Origin: an uncultured Gemmatimonadales bacterium
Lineage (GTDB): Bacteria; Gemmatimonadota; Gemmatimonadetes; Gemmatimonadales; GWC2-71-9
Direction of reading: 5' to 3'
Assembly: GCA_963825055.1 (NCBI GenBank)
Contig: CAWGSK010000009.1
Span: forward strand, 64,001-128,000
DNA: 64,000 nucleotides
Shown: piece after piece, positions 18,224-27,791 of the stretch
How positions within the stretch are numbered: the stretch's first letter is position 1
Layout: each line of letters opens with the position of its first letter
Program-made: the position numbers and the translations under genes
Notes under the pieces: generated by a model
Told to the model about the DNA's origin: nothing
The model's input: only the letters and a program-made list of their open reading frames with translations
Databases searched by the model: none

Positions 18224-19712
18224 CCGATTCATCCATCATGTCCGCACCGCCGTCCTCTTCCTCCTGCCGGCGCTGTTCGTCGCGCAGCCGGCGGCGGGCC
18301 AGTCCCTGTCCCGCCGCATGGATCGCCGGCTCGACGCCGTCCCGTTCAACCACCAGCTCTGGGGTGTCGCCCTGGTGGATGCGTCCGGGAAGCTGCTCTA
18401 CAGCCGGAACGCGGATCGCCTGTTCATCCCGGCCAGCAACACCAAGCTGGTGGTCAGCGCGGTGGCCTCGGCGCTCTTCCCGCCCGACTGGACGGTGCGC
18501 ACCAGCGTCTACGCCGACGGCCCGGTGGTGGACGGGGTCCTCGAGGGCGACCTGGTCCTCTACGGGCGTGGCGACCCGACCTTCAGCCGGCGCTGCTACG
18601 CCATCGACACGACGGCCGCCGGCGCCTGCGACGCCGCGCCCGACCGGCGGCTCGCCGGCCTCGTCGCGGCGCTCAAGTCGCGCGGGCTCCGGGTGGTGAA
18701 TGGTGACGTGGTCGGCGACGGGAGCTACTTCGAGCCCGAACTGGTCAACCCCGGCTGGGAGGTCTATGACCTCAACTGGTGGTATGCCGCGCCGGTGAGT
18801 GCGCTGGGCTACAATGACAACAGCATCGATATCAGCTGGAAACCGGGGGCGACGGTCGGCGCGCCGGCCGTGATCACCTTCACCCCGGACTTCGGCAGCA
18901 TTGCGCTGGTCAACCAGACCCGTACGGTGCCCCCCGACCAGCCGACAACAATCGACTTCTTCCGCGATCCCGGCACCATGACGGTGCGGGCGATCGGGGA
19001 CGTCGCCGTGGACGCACGGGGCCGCGAGGAATACCTCGCCCTCCCGGACCCGAACCGGTTCGCCGCCGAGGCACTCCGCCAGGAGCTGGCGGACAGCGGC
19101 ATCGCCGTCCTTGGCGGCGTGGCATCAACCACCGACTCCACGCGCTATGCCCATGTCCGCTCCGGCGCGGCCATGGCGGAAGTCGAGAGCCGGCCGCTCA
19201 AGGACTGGATCTTCCCGATCCTCAACACCAGCCAGAACTGGTTCGCGGAGATGACCCTCAAGCAGCTTGGCCGGCAGTTCGGCGGGGCCGGCTCGTGGAA
19301 GGAGGGCATCAGCGTCGAGCGCCGGTTCCTGATCGACTCGGTGGGGATCGATTCGACCCGCTTCAGCCTGAGCGACGGCAGCGGCCTCTCCAGCACCAAC
19401 CTGGTCACCCCACTCGCTTTCACCAGCCTGCTTCGCTTCATTCGTGGGCATCCGCACTGGCCGACATTCTCCGCCGGCCTCCCGCTGGCCGGGCAGCGCG
19501 GGTCACTGCGGTTCCGCTTCGCGGAGACGCCGCTGGCCGGGCACGTTCGAGCGAAGACCGGGAGCATCTCGCAGGTCAACACCCTCTCCGGTTTCATCGA
19601 GCGCGCCGACGGGAAATTCCGCGTCTTCTCGGTGCAGGCCAACCACCACACCCAGCGCGGACGCGACATGATCGCGGCGATCGACAGCCTGGTGGTGGAG
19701 ATGGGGAGGTGA
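18207..19712 (+). CDS. dacB: D-Ala-D-Ala carboxypeptidase/endopeptidase (PBP4, peptidase S13)
   Basis: PASNTK (SxxK), SQN (SxN), DGSGLS and AKTG motifs; the exact start is uncertain. Confidence 0.92.
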   Translation: MSPTTDRFIHHVRTAVLFLLPALFVAQPAAGQSLSRRMDRRLDAVPFNHQLWGVALVDASGKLLYSRNADRLFIPASNTKLVVSAVASALFPPDWTVRTSVYADGPVVDGVLEGDLVLYGRGDPTFSRRCYAIDTTAAGACDAAPDRRLAGLVAALKSRGLRVVNGDVVGDGSYFEPELVNPGWEVYDLNWWYAAPVSALGYNDNSIDISWKPGATVGAPAVITFTPDFGSIALVNQTRTVPPDQPTTIDFFRDPGTMTVRAIGDVAVDARGREEYLALPDPNRFAAEALRQELADSGIAVLGGVASTTDSTRYAHVRSGAAMAEVESRPLKDWIFPILNTSQNWFAEMTLKQLGRQFGGAGSWKEGISVERRFLIDSVGIDSTRFSLSDGSGLSSTNLVTPLAFTSLLRFIRGHPHWPTFSAGLPLAGQRGSLRFRFAETPLAGHVRAKTGSISQVNTLSGFIERADGKFRVFSVQANHHTQRGRDMIAAIDSLVVEMGR

Positions 19713-19807
19713 CAGTGATTAGTGCTTCAGGGGGAGTGCAGTGCACGGCATCTCGCCTGCGGTTCCGTAGCCTGCCTCCCAGGCACTACTCACTCCTCAC
19801 TACTCAC
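19713..19807. repeat. Heptamer-armed hairpin element, copy 1
   Basis: Left CAGTGATTAGTGC, right GCACTACTCACTCCTCACTACTCAC; 19755-19807 matches 20394-20446 at 46/53 nt. Confidence 0.8.
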
Positions 19808-19847
19808 CGGTCACGGCAGGAACTCACAACAGCAGGGAGATCACCCC

Positions 19848-20342
19848 ATGCTCATCATGCTCGTGCGTCACGCCCAGGCGGCGGATCAGGATGCCGAGAA
19901 ATATCCGGATGACACGCGCCGGCCCTTGACCCGGAAGGGCAAGGCCTCGCACGCGCGGCTCACCCGTGCCCTGGTCAAGCGGGACATCCGCCCTGACGTC
20001 ATCCTGTCGAGCCCCTGGAAGCGGGCGTGGCAGACCGCGGAGATCATGGCCCAGAGCTATGCCGACGCGGGACACAACGTACCGGTGCGTCCGGCGGAGA
20101 GCCTGGCGGACGCCCCGGACCTGGCCCGCATCGCCGAAGAGGTCTCGCTTGGACGGGCGAAGGGCATCGCCCTGGTGGGGCACGAGCCGTGGATGAGTGA
20201 GCTGGCCGGCCTGCTGCTGACCGGCAGCCCGGAGGGACTGGCGATTGACTATCCGAAGGGCGGCGTGGTGGGAATCGAGGCGGAGGACCTGGCCCCGGCC
20301 AGCGGGTCTCTCAGGTTCTTCCTCAGGCCGAAGATGTTCTGA
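19848..20342 (+). CDS. sixA: Phosphohistidine phosphatase SixA family
   Basis: LVRHA, RPLT..G, SSPWKRAWQTA and LVGHEP motifs. Confidence 0.88.
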   Translation: MLIMLVRHAQAADQDAEKYPDDTRRPLTRKGKASHARLTRALVKRDIRPDVILSSPWKRAWQTAEIMAQSYADAGHNVPVRPAESLADAPDLARIAEEVSLGRAKGIALVGHEPWMSELAGLLLTGSPEGLAIDYPKGGVVGIEAEDLAPASGSLRFFLRPKMF

Positions 20343-20343
20343 A

Positions 20344-20450
20344 GGCAGTGAGTAGTGAGTAGTGCATTATTGCAAGTGCCTTATCCGGACGTTGCCCGCG
20401 GTTCCGAGGCCTGCCCTCCAAGCACTACTCACTACTCACTACTCACTGCC
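20344..20450. repeat. Heptamer-armed hairpin element, copy 2
   Basis: Inverted arms GGCAGTGAGTAGTGAGTAGTGC (20344-20365) and GCACTACTCACTACTCACTACTCACTGCC (20422-20450) around a 56-nt core. Confidence 0.88.
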
Positions 20451-21482
20451 CTCCTCCTTCTGCCCGAAAATCGCCAGGTTCGACGAGTGCCCCGGGTTCA
20501 CCTTCCGGTCGGGGTAGATGTAATGCACCGCGTTGTTCACCGCGATGCACGCCTCGCCGACGCCGGTGGCGATGAGCTTGAGCTTCCCGGGATAGCTGGT
20601 GATGTCGCCCGCCGCGAAGATGCCGGGGACGTTGGTGGACATGACCTGGTCCACCTTGATGTCGGCGCGTTCCGACTCGAGCCCCCATTCCCTGATGGCG
20701 CCGAGGTCGGAGTGAAAGCCCAGGAGGGGAATGACCGCGTCCATCTCCAGGGTCTCCTCCTCCTTCGTCTGGTTCTGCACCAGCGTCACGCGCTCGACCC
20801 GGTCCCTGCCCTCCACGGCCTTCACCTCCCAGAACGTCCGCAGGGAGCAGTGGCCTTCCCCCGACAGGTTACGGACCTGCTGGATGGTCGCCTCGTGCGC
20901 CCGGAAGCCGTCCCGGCGGTGGATCAGCATCACCGACCGCGCAATCCCCTGGAGGTTCACGGCCCAGTCGAAGGCGGAATCGCCACCGCCCACGATGAGC
21001 ACCCGCTGGCCCACAAACAGCTTCGGGTCAATGACGCTGTGGTAGAGACCGCATCCCTCGAAACGCTCGACGTCCTTCACCCGAAGGCGACGCGGCTCGA
21101 ACGCCCCGATTCCGCCGGCGATGATGATCGTCCGGCTGGCGTACACGCCACCACTCGTCTCCAGGAGGAAGCGCCCGATGCCTCCCTCCTCTTCCGCACG
21201 CGAGAGGCCCGTGACCACTTCGTTGAGCCGTGTCTCGGCCCCGAACTGGAGCCCCTGTTCCGTCATGTTGCGGACCAGGTCCTTCGCCAGGATCTTCGGG
21301 AAGCCGGCCACGTCGAAGATGTATTTTTCCGGATAGAGGGCCATGAGCTGGCCGCCGAGCGCCGGCAGGGCATCGATGATCCGGCAACTCGCACCCCGCA
21401 TCCCGGCATAGAAAGCCGCGAAGAGGCCGGTCGGTCCACCTCCGATGATGGAAATGTCCTTCGTGTCGCCGTCGGTCGTCAC
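20439..21482 (-). CDS. Ferredoxin--NADP+ reductase, thioredoxin-reductase-like (YumC type)
   Basis: GGGPTGLFAAFYAGMRG, LYPEKYIFDVAG, GGGDSA and YPGKLKLIATG motifs; no CxxC. Confidence 0.92.
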   Translation of the reverse strand: MTTDGDTKDISIIGGGPTGLFAAFYAGMRGASCRIIDALPALGGQLMALYPEKYIFDVAGFPKILAKDLVRNMTEQGLQFGAETRLNEVVTGLSRAEEEGGIGRFLLETSGGVYASRTIIIAGGIGAFEPRRLRVKDVERFEGCGLYHSVIDPKLFVGQRVLIVGGGDSAFDWAVNLQGIARSVMLIHRRDGFRAHEATIQQVRNLSGEGHCSLRTFWEVKAVEGRDRVERVTLVQNQTKEEETLEMDAVIPLLGFHSDLGAIREWGLESERADIKVDQVMSTNVPGIFAAGDITSYPGKLKLIATGVGEACIAVNNAVHYIYPDRKVNPGHSSNLAIFGQKEEGSE

Positions 21483-21617
21483 GCGTCGTCCTTCCCGGTG
21501 GTCGGATGAGATGGCCCGGGATGCCCGGACGGGGTAAATATAGACGGGCGGTGGCAGCCGGCAGCGGTGGCGCGGTGCGCAGGGAAGCAGAGGCACGGAC
21601 TCACGCATGGAGGCTGG

Positions 21618-22745
21618 ATGAACGGGCGACACCGACCGGCGGTCAGGCGGATCTGGATGCTGGGCATCATCGCGGCCGCTGCTGTCATCGGTGGCTGCCA
21701 CGCGACCGGCAACATCATCCGCACACTGCTGGAGGAGCGCCCGCCACTCCCCATCAGAAGCTTCGGCGTCGCGAGCGACGCCCGGCTCGACAGCCTCGGC
21801 CGCCTGCGCGGCAGCCTGGTGGGCGAGGGCACCGGGCGGGCAGTCCACCTGCTCTCCAGCGACACCGCGCTTATCGCCGATCTCGTCCGCACCCACCGGC
21901 CCGACATCATCCGCCGCGGGGACCTGTGGGGCTCGCTCGCTCGCGCCGGGCTGGTCACCATCGATCCCGGCGTGGTGCAACCGGGCCCAGGACGCCGTGA
22001 GCGGATCCTGGCCGGCTCACCCGCCGGACACACCGAAGTGCGCCTGGCCTCCGTGCTGGTGCGCGGGAGTCGCTGCGGCTGGCGCGGCGCGCAGGCCGAG
22101 TTGATCGTGGAACCGCCCCCCACCGACCGGGACGGCCCGCCCCTGCTGGGTCCGGTGGTGGGTTCCTTCCAGGGTGGAATCGCCTACAGCCGCCCGGTGT
22201 TCCGTCCCGTCGCCTCCCCTCCCGGCGAGGCGCTGCTGGATACGCTGATCGCCCGGACGAGCACGGAGCTGATGGCGTCGACCGACAGCCTCCTGCCGGG
22301 CCTCGACCGGCCGGTTACGCCGCTGGGCAACCCGGGTCTCGCCGTCAACACCCTGCTCGACGTCAATGCGGTGGATATCGTCCCGATCCAGGCTGGCCGG
22401 GGACGCACCCGGTACGTGGTATCCCTTCGACGGCAGGCGCTCACCGCCCGGGGCGACACGGTCCTGGCTGCCATGGTCATGGTCTGGGACAGCGCCGGCG
22501 CATGGCGCCAGGTGATCCTCCGCCCGACCGTTTTTGACGACCAGTTCGGCGGGCTTCGCCCGCGCCGGGGCCTGGCCCCGGTGTACTGGCGCCGGCTTCA
22601 GGCGATGTCGGGGTTCGGTTATGACCGGGACTACGTGTGGATGGAACAGTTCGACCCGCGGGACGGCACCGTGCTCTGGGGCGTCATCGAGCCGTGGGCA
22701 AACGTCGTCGTGGCTGCGGCCGAGGTGGCCGGGCCGTGCCAGTGA
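21618..22745 (+). CDS. Hypothetical lipoprotein
   Basis: Basic N-terminus, hydrophobic stretch and IGGC lipobox-like motif; co-oriented with the downstream operon. Confidence 0.65.
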   Translation: MNGRHRPAVRRIWMLGIIAAAAVIGGCHATGNIIRTLLEERPPLPIRSFGVASDARLDSLGRLRGSLVGEGTGRAVHLLSSDTALIADLVRTHRPDIIRRGDLWGSLARAGLVTIDPGVVQPGPGRRERILAGSPAGHTEVRLASVLVRGSRCGWRGAQAELIVEPPPTDRDGPPLLGPVVGSFQGGIAYSRPVFRPVASPPGEALLDTLIARTSTELMASTDSLLPGLDRPVTPLGNPGLAVNTLLDVNAVDIVPIQAGRGRTRYVVSLRRQALTARGDTVLAAMVMVWDSAGAWRQVILRPTVFDDQFGGLRPRRGLAPVYWRRLQAMSGFGYDRDYVWMEQFDPRDGTVLWGVIEPWANVVVAAAEVAGPCQ

Positions 22746-22755
22746 GGGGAAGGCC

Positions 22756-23301
22756 ATGAAGATCTATACCCGGACGGGCGACACGGGCGACACCGCGCTC
22801 TTCGGCGGCGGGCGCGTTCCCAAGGATCACGTCCGCGTCACGGCGTACGGTGAGGTGGATGAACTCAACTCGGTCCTCGGGCTCGCGCGGGCTGCTGACC
22901 CGCGGGACTTCTGCGACGAGTTGCTCGAGACCATCCAGCAGGACCTCTTCTCGATCGGGGGCCATCTCGCGACGCCCGACCCGGCACGGGTGCGCGCGGC
23001 ACTCGAGAAAGCGGAACTCGACCCCTCGCGGATCGAGCGGTTCGAACAGGAGATGGATCGCGCCACCGATGAGCTTCCCCCGCTCCGCGCATTCATCCTC
23101 CCGGCCGGCAGCGAGAAGGCCGCCCGGCTCCATGTCGCGCGCACGGTGTGCCGCCGCGCCGAGCGCGCGGTGGTCCGGCTGGCGCATGACGCGGAGGTGC
23201 CGGGGCTCTTCCTGACGTATCTGAACCGGCTCTCCGACCTGCTCTTCACCCTCGCCCGGCTCGCGAACCATCGGGCCGGCACGCCCGATACCACCTGGTG
23301 A
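22756..23301 (+). CDS. Cob(I)alamin adenosyltransferase, PduO type
   Basis: MKIYTRTGDTG, YGEVDELNS, RTVCRRAER and YLNRLSD motifs. Confidence 0.95.
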   Translation: MKIYTRTGDTGDTALFGGGRVPKDHVRVTAYGEVDELNSVLGLARAADPRDFCDELLETIQQDLFSIGGHLATPDPARVRAALEKAELDPSRIERFEQEMDRATDELPPLRAFILPAGSEKAARLHVARTVCRRAERAVVRLAHDAEVPGLFLTYLNRLSDLLFTLARLANHRAGTPDTTW

Positions 23302-24440
23302 ACGCCCCGCTCGCCATCCGCCACGCCGGGGGTTCGTACCAGGTACACGTGACCTCGGGCGCCCTGCTCGAGCTGGACCGGCTCGTCCGCCACGCGGTGG
23401 GTCCCCGGCCGGTGGTCCTGCTGTCCGACGAGAACGTCCTGCGGTGCTACGACGAATGGACGAGCGGTACGCCGGAAGCGCGTCGCCTGGGCGCGCGCGC
23501 CAGTGATGCGGGGCTGCGGCTTCGCGTCCACCTGCGCCTCCCGTTCCCTCCCGGCGAAGTGAGCAAGACCCGCGGAATGTGGGCGGACCTGACCGATCGC
23601 ATGCTCGACGCAGGCATCGGACGGGACGCGGTGCTGGTGGCGATGGGCGGGGGTGTCGCGGGCGACCTCGGCGGGTTCGTCGCGGCCACCTACCTCCGCG
23701 GGATTCCCTGCGTACAGGTGCCCACGAGCCTTGTCGCGATGGTGGACGCATCCGTCGGCGGGAAAGTCGGCGTCGACACACCGGCCGGGAAGAACCTGGT
23801 CGGCGCCTTTCATCAGCCGGCCCTCGTGGTGGCAGACCCGCTCACCCTGGTGAGCCTTCCGGAACGGGAGTATCGCGGTGGACTGGCCGAGGCGGTGAAA
23901 CACGGGCTGGTGGCGGATGCGGGGTACTTCGAGTGGATGGAGTCCAGCATCCGGCCGCTCCGCCAGCGCCAGTCGGCGTCGCTGGAAACGCTGGTCCGCG
24001 GAAGCGTCGCCATCAAGGCCGCCGTCGTGAGCGCGGACGAGCGCGAAGCGGGCGAGCGCGCGATCCTGAACGCCGGACACACGGTGGCGCACGCACTCGA
24101 ACACGCAAGCGGGTGGGCGCTGCCGCATGGAGATGCGGTGGCGATCGGGCTTGTCACCGAGGCGACACTCGCGGCCCGCATGGGCCTGGCCGACCCCTCG
24201 CTGGTGGCACGCCTCCGGAACCTGCTCCAGCGGTTTGGCCTGCCGGTGGCCCCTCCGGCGGGGCTCGACCCGGCGGGGCTCGGCACGGCGCTCGGCCGCG
24301 ACAAGAAGAACCGCCCTGGGGAGGTGCGCTGCGCCCTTCCCGAGGCCATCGGCAGCACCCACCGCCCGGACAGCGGCTGGACCACTGTCGTGGACGTGGA
24401 TGCCCTGCTCTCGGTCCTCACCAGCCCACCGCCTGAGTAG
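23298..24440 (+). CDS. aroB: 3-dehydroquinate synthase
   Basis: GGGVAGDLGGF, VPTSLVAMVDASVGGK, KNLVGAFHQP, LNAGHT.AHALE and HG motifs. Confidence 0.95.
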   Translation: MNAPLAIRHAGGSYQVHVTSGALLELDRLVRHAVGPRPVVLLSDENVLRCYDEWTSGTPEARRLGARASDAGLRLRVHLRLPFPPGEVSKTRGMWADLTDRMLDAGIGRDAVLVAMGGGVAGDLGGFVAATYLRGIPCVQVPTSLVAMVDASVGGKVGVDTPAGKNLVGAFHQPALVVADPLTLVSLPEREYRGGLAEAVKHGLVADAGYFEWMESSIRPLRQRQSASLETLVRGSVAIKAAVVSADEREAGERAILNAGHTVAHALEHASGWALPHGDAVAIGLVTEATLAARMGLADPSLVARLRNLLQRFGLPVAPPAGLDPAGLGTALGRDKKNRPGEVRCALPEAIGSTHRPDSGWTTVVDVDALLSVLTSPPPE

Positions 24441-24556
24441 CTCCTCGCCCCCCCCGACCTCCTGACCTTCTTCACATTTCCCCACGAGTACTCCCCATCC
24501 ACCCACACGCCCCACAATAGCGCACAATTTCTCCACCAGGCCTCCGCCGACGGTCA

Positions 24557-24574
24557 CCTATCATCCTTGATAGG
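24557..24574. promoter_or_regulatory. Perfect 7-4-7 inverted repeat, candidate operator
   Basis: CCTATCA-TCCT-TGATAGG in the AT-rich region upstream of the sigma factor gene. Confidence 0.45.
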
Positions 24575-24676
24575 ATTGGCAGAACATTCCGCAAGTAGTA
24601 TCTATGTAGTGGTTTGGGTGGATTTGTCAGTGCAGATTTTCGCAGGCAAGTTTGTGATGTGGGAAAAATACATTCA

Positions 24677-24705
24677 TTGACCTTGTACAGGGTTGATCGT
24701 ATATT
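24677..24705 (+). promoter_or_regulatory. Putative sigma70 promoter of the sigma factor gene
   Basis: TTGACC-17 bp-TATATT, about 70 nt upstream of ATG 24775. Confidence 0.6.
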
Positions 24706-24774
24706 GACCCGATCATCGGTGCCCTTCCTCGACGGCTCTTCATACTCTTCGACAGGCACAATCCGGGGTTCGTC

Positions 24775-25659
24775 ATGACTCACGCAAGGGACAACGCCCG
24801 CCTGCGTCCTTCCGCCTCCGGTGCGTTCGATCAATACCTGCGAGACATCCAGCGGCTGCCCATGATCACCGACCCCGCCGAGGAGCGTCGTCTCGCGCAT
24901 CTTGCCAGGGCCGGGGATGCCGAGGCCGCCGACAGGCTCGTCACGGCCAACCTGCGATTCGTCATCTCGTATGTGAAGCGCTACCAGGGGCATGGGCTCG
25001 AGCTGGGCGAGCTGGTGGCCATCGGGAACGCGGGCCTCCTCAAGGCGGTCGGCAAGTTCGACCCCGCCCACGGAGTGAAGTTCATTTCCTACGCTGTGTG
25101 GTGGGTACGCCAGGCGGTGCTCAAGGCGCTGGCCGAGCAAACCCGGAGTGTCCGGATTCCGCTCAACCAGAATGCGGCCCTCATCCGCCTCTCGCGCACG
25201 GAGGCTTTCCTCGAACAGGAGCTGGGTCGCGGGCCCACCGACGAGGAAATCGCTCTCGCCCTGAACGACACCGTCGCGAACGTACGCCTTGCCCGGAGGA
25301 TGTCGGCCGGGGAACTCTCCCTGGACGCCCCCATCGAACGGGGGGAGCGGCAGGGCTCCACATATGGTGATCGCGTCGCCGATCCCGCCGTCGGCGACGT
25401 CGAGACCACGACCGACGCAAATCTCCTGCGCGAGAGCCTCGAGCGTATTCTCGAGACCTACCTCACGCCGCGGGAACGCCGCATCATCTCACTGTACTAC
25501 GGGCTCGACCACGGCTCGGAGGCGATGACGCTCGAACACATCGGCGGCCTCCTCGGCGTCACGCGCGAACGGATCCGGCAGATCCGCGAGCGCGCGTTCG
25601 AGAAGATCCGCGAGTCCCCCGACCTCGGCGCCCTCAGGAGTTTCTGGATCGCGGCCTGA
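24775..25659 (+). CDS. RNA polymerase sigma70 factor, RpoD/RpoS family, lacking region 1.1
   Basis: Region 1.2 DQYLRDI, ANLRFVIS, KFISYAVWWVRQ and region 4 TLEHIG..LGVTRERIRQI. Confidence 0.95.
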   Translation: MTHARDNARLRPSASGAFDQYLRDIQRLPMITDPAEERRLAHLARAGDAEAADRLVTANLRFVISYVKRYQGHGLELGELVAIGNAGLLKAVGKFDPAHGVKFISYAVWWVRQAVLKALAEQTRSVRIPLNQNAALIRLSRTEAFLEQELGRGPTDEEIALALNDTVANVRLARRMSAGELSLDAPIERGERQGSTYGDRVADPAVGDVETTTDANLLRESLERILETYLTPRERRIISLYYGLDHGSEAMTLEHIGGLLGVTRERIRQIRERAFEKIRESPDLGALRSFWIAA

Positions 25660-25704
25660 ACGGCGCGCCGGGCACGGCCGCCACAAGCGCGGCTAGATTC
25701 CGGC

Positions 25705-26370
25705 ATGGCCTATCGTCTGCCGCTGTTTCCCCTGGAGCTTGCCCTCTTCCCCGGCATGCCCCAGCCCCTCCATATCTTCGAACCGCGCTACCGGCGGATG
25801 CTGCAGGACTGCCTCGATGGCGGCGGACAGTTCGGCATCATCCCGATGCCGGGCGGCGAAGTGCCTGCCACCGGAGCCGTGGGTTGTACCGCGGAAATCC
25901 GCGCGACGCAGGCCCTGGATGACGGCCGCTCGAACATCCTGGTCCAGGGACGGGAACGGTTCACGCTGGAGGAACTGCTCGAGGCTGACACACCATATCT
26001 CCAGGGCATGGTCACCGCGCTGCACGACACCGACGTGGCCACAGTCCCCCCCGAACGCATCGCGGAACTGACCCGCCTCGGCCGCGACTACCTGGAGGCC
26101 CTGCAGGGACTGACCGATGCCGCCCTGGGCGACCTGACCTGGTCCGACGATCCGGAGGAAGCCAGCCTCCAGGCCGCCGCGCTTCTGGAAACCGACCTCG
26201 ACGTCAAGCGCGAGCTCCTCGCCATGCAGTCCGCGCGGCGACGCATCGGCATCGTGCAGCGGCTGCTGCAGCGCCAGGCCACGGTGGCGGTGGGTCGCGC
26301 CGCTATCCACCGCCACGCCCGCACCAATGGACGGGGACACCCCGACGGGCTCCCCGACACCCCGGGATGA
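25705..26370 (+). CDS. LON peptidase substrate-binding domain protein
   Basis: LPLFPL..LFPG..PLHIFEPRY and DGRSNI motifs. Confidence 0.9.
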   Translation: MAYRLPLFPLELALFPGMPQPLHIFEPRYRRMLQDCLDGGGQFGIIPMPGGEVPATGAVGCTAEIRATQALDDGRSNILVQGRERFTLEELLEADTPYLQGMVTALHDTDVATVPPERIAELTRLGRDYLEALQGLTDAALGDLTWSDDPEEASLQAAALLETDLDVKRELLAMQSARRRIGIVQRLLQRQATVAVGRAAIHRHARTNGRGHPDGLPDTPG

Positions 26371-27791
26371 ACGGCCTCCCTGCCGCGCTGGCCACGATCG
26401 TCGGACCACGCTGGGTAAAGGGCCTGGACGCCGACCTCGCCACCTACCGCTCCGACGGACTTCCCACCCACGAGTCCACTCCGCGGCTCGTCGTTCTCCC
26501 AGGCTCCCGCGAGGAACTGATTGCGATCGTGCGCTGTCTTCACGCGCACGCGACCCCCTTCGTGCCCAGGGGCGCCGGGACCGGACTCTCGGGAGGGGCG
26601 CTCGCCGGAGGAGATGCGGTCGTCGTCGCGCTCACCCGGCTCAACCGCGTGCTGTCCCTCGACCCGGTCGCACGACGGGCGGTGGTGGAGCCCGGGGTGG
26701 TCAACGCCAGGCTCTCCGCGCTCGCCCGCCCGCACGGCCTCCAGTACGCGCCGGATCCGTCGAGCCAGACGGCCTGTACCATCGGCGGGAACGTCGCCGA
26801 GAACGCCGGCGGTCCGCACTGCCTCAAGTACGGCGTCACGACCAACCACATCTGCGCGCTGGAGGTCGTCCTGCCGGACGGGACGATCACCCGTCTCGGC
26901 AGCCCCGCCGGCGAGCCCTGGGGGCCGGACCTCGTGGGCCTGTTCGTGGGCAGCGAGGGCATGTTCGGCATCGCGACCGAGATCACCGTCCGCCTCGTGC
27001 CACTGCCGCCGGACGTGCGAACGCTGCTGGCTGACTTCACCGCGCTCCGTGACGCAAGTGAGGCTGTAAGCGCGATCATCGCGGCGGGGATCCTGCCCGC
27101 CGCCCTCGAGATGATGGACCGCTCGTGCGTGGCCGCGGTCGAGTCCTCCATCTACGCCGCCGGCTACCCGACTGATGCTGCGGCCGTCCTGCTGGTCGAG
27201 CTCGACGGTCGCCCCGGCGCGGTGGAAGAGGAAACCGACCGGGTGGTGGAACTCCTTACCGGGCACGGCGCGCGCGCCGTGGTGCAGGCCGCCACTGAGG
27301 CGGACCGGACCCGCCTCTGGCAGGGCCGCAAGAAAGCGTTCGGGGCGATGGGAAGGATTGCGCCCGACCTCGTCGTGCAGGACGCCGTCGTCCCGCGCTC
27401 CCGACTGCCGGACATCATGGATACCATCGAGGGGATCGGCCGCCGGCACGGGCTCACGATCAGCAACGTCTTCCATGCAGGAGACGGCAACCTGCACCCG
27501 AACATCAGTTTCGACCGGCGCGAGCCGGCCCTCACCGCCCGGGTACAGGAAGCCAGCCGGGAGATCATGGAAGCCTGCCTCGGCGCCGGCGGCTCCATCA
27601 CTGGTGAGCACGGTATCGGCATGGACAAGCTCGACTATATGCCGCTGATGTTCGATACCGAGGCGCTGGAAGCCATGTGCCAGGTCCGGCAGGTGTTCGA
27701 CCCCGACGGACGGGCCAATCCCGGCAAGGTGGTGCCGGTGCACGCATGCCGGGAATGGCGCGCCGCGCCCGGCATGGGCCACGGGTCATGA
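26367..27791 (+). CDS. glcD: Glycolate oxidase FAD subunit
   Basis: RGAGTGLSGG, PDPSS, GGPHCLKYG, HAGDGNLHP and GEHGIG motifs. Confidence 0.9.
   Translation: MNGLPAALATIVGPRWVKGLDADLATYRSDGLPTHESTPRLVVLPGSREELIAIVRCLHAHATPFVPRGAGTGLSGGALAGGDAVVVALTRLNRVLSLDPVARRAVVEPGVVNARLSALARPHGLQYAPDPSSQTACTIGGNVAENAGGPHCLKYGVTTNHICALEVVLPDGTITRLGSPAGEPWGPDLVGLFVGSEGMFGIATEITVRLVPLPPDVRTLLADFTALRDASEAVSAIIAAGILPAALEMMDRSCVAAVESSIYAAGYPTDAAAVLLVELDGRPGAVEEETDRVVELLTGHGARAVVQAATEADRTRLWQGRKKAFGAMGRIAPDLVVQDAVVPRSRLPDIMDTIEGIGRRHGLTISNVFHAGDGNLHPNISFDRREPALTARVQEASREIMEACLGAGGSITGEHGIGMDKLDYMPLMFDTEALEAMCQVRQVFDPDGRANPGKVVPVHACREWRAAPGMGHGS

Noticed and set aside
24441..24516. Pyrimidine-rich stretch after aroB with faint 9-bp periodicity
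   Set aside because: It is too degenerate to define a unit, so I did not count it in the repeat family.
24576..24593. Possible sigma54 promoter TTGGCAGAACATTCCGCA
   Set aside because: The GG-to-GC spacing is 11 nt rather than the required 10.
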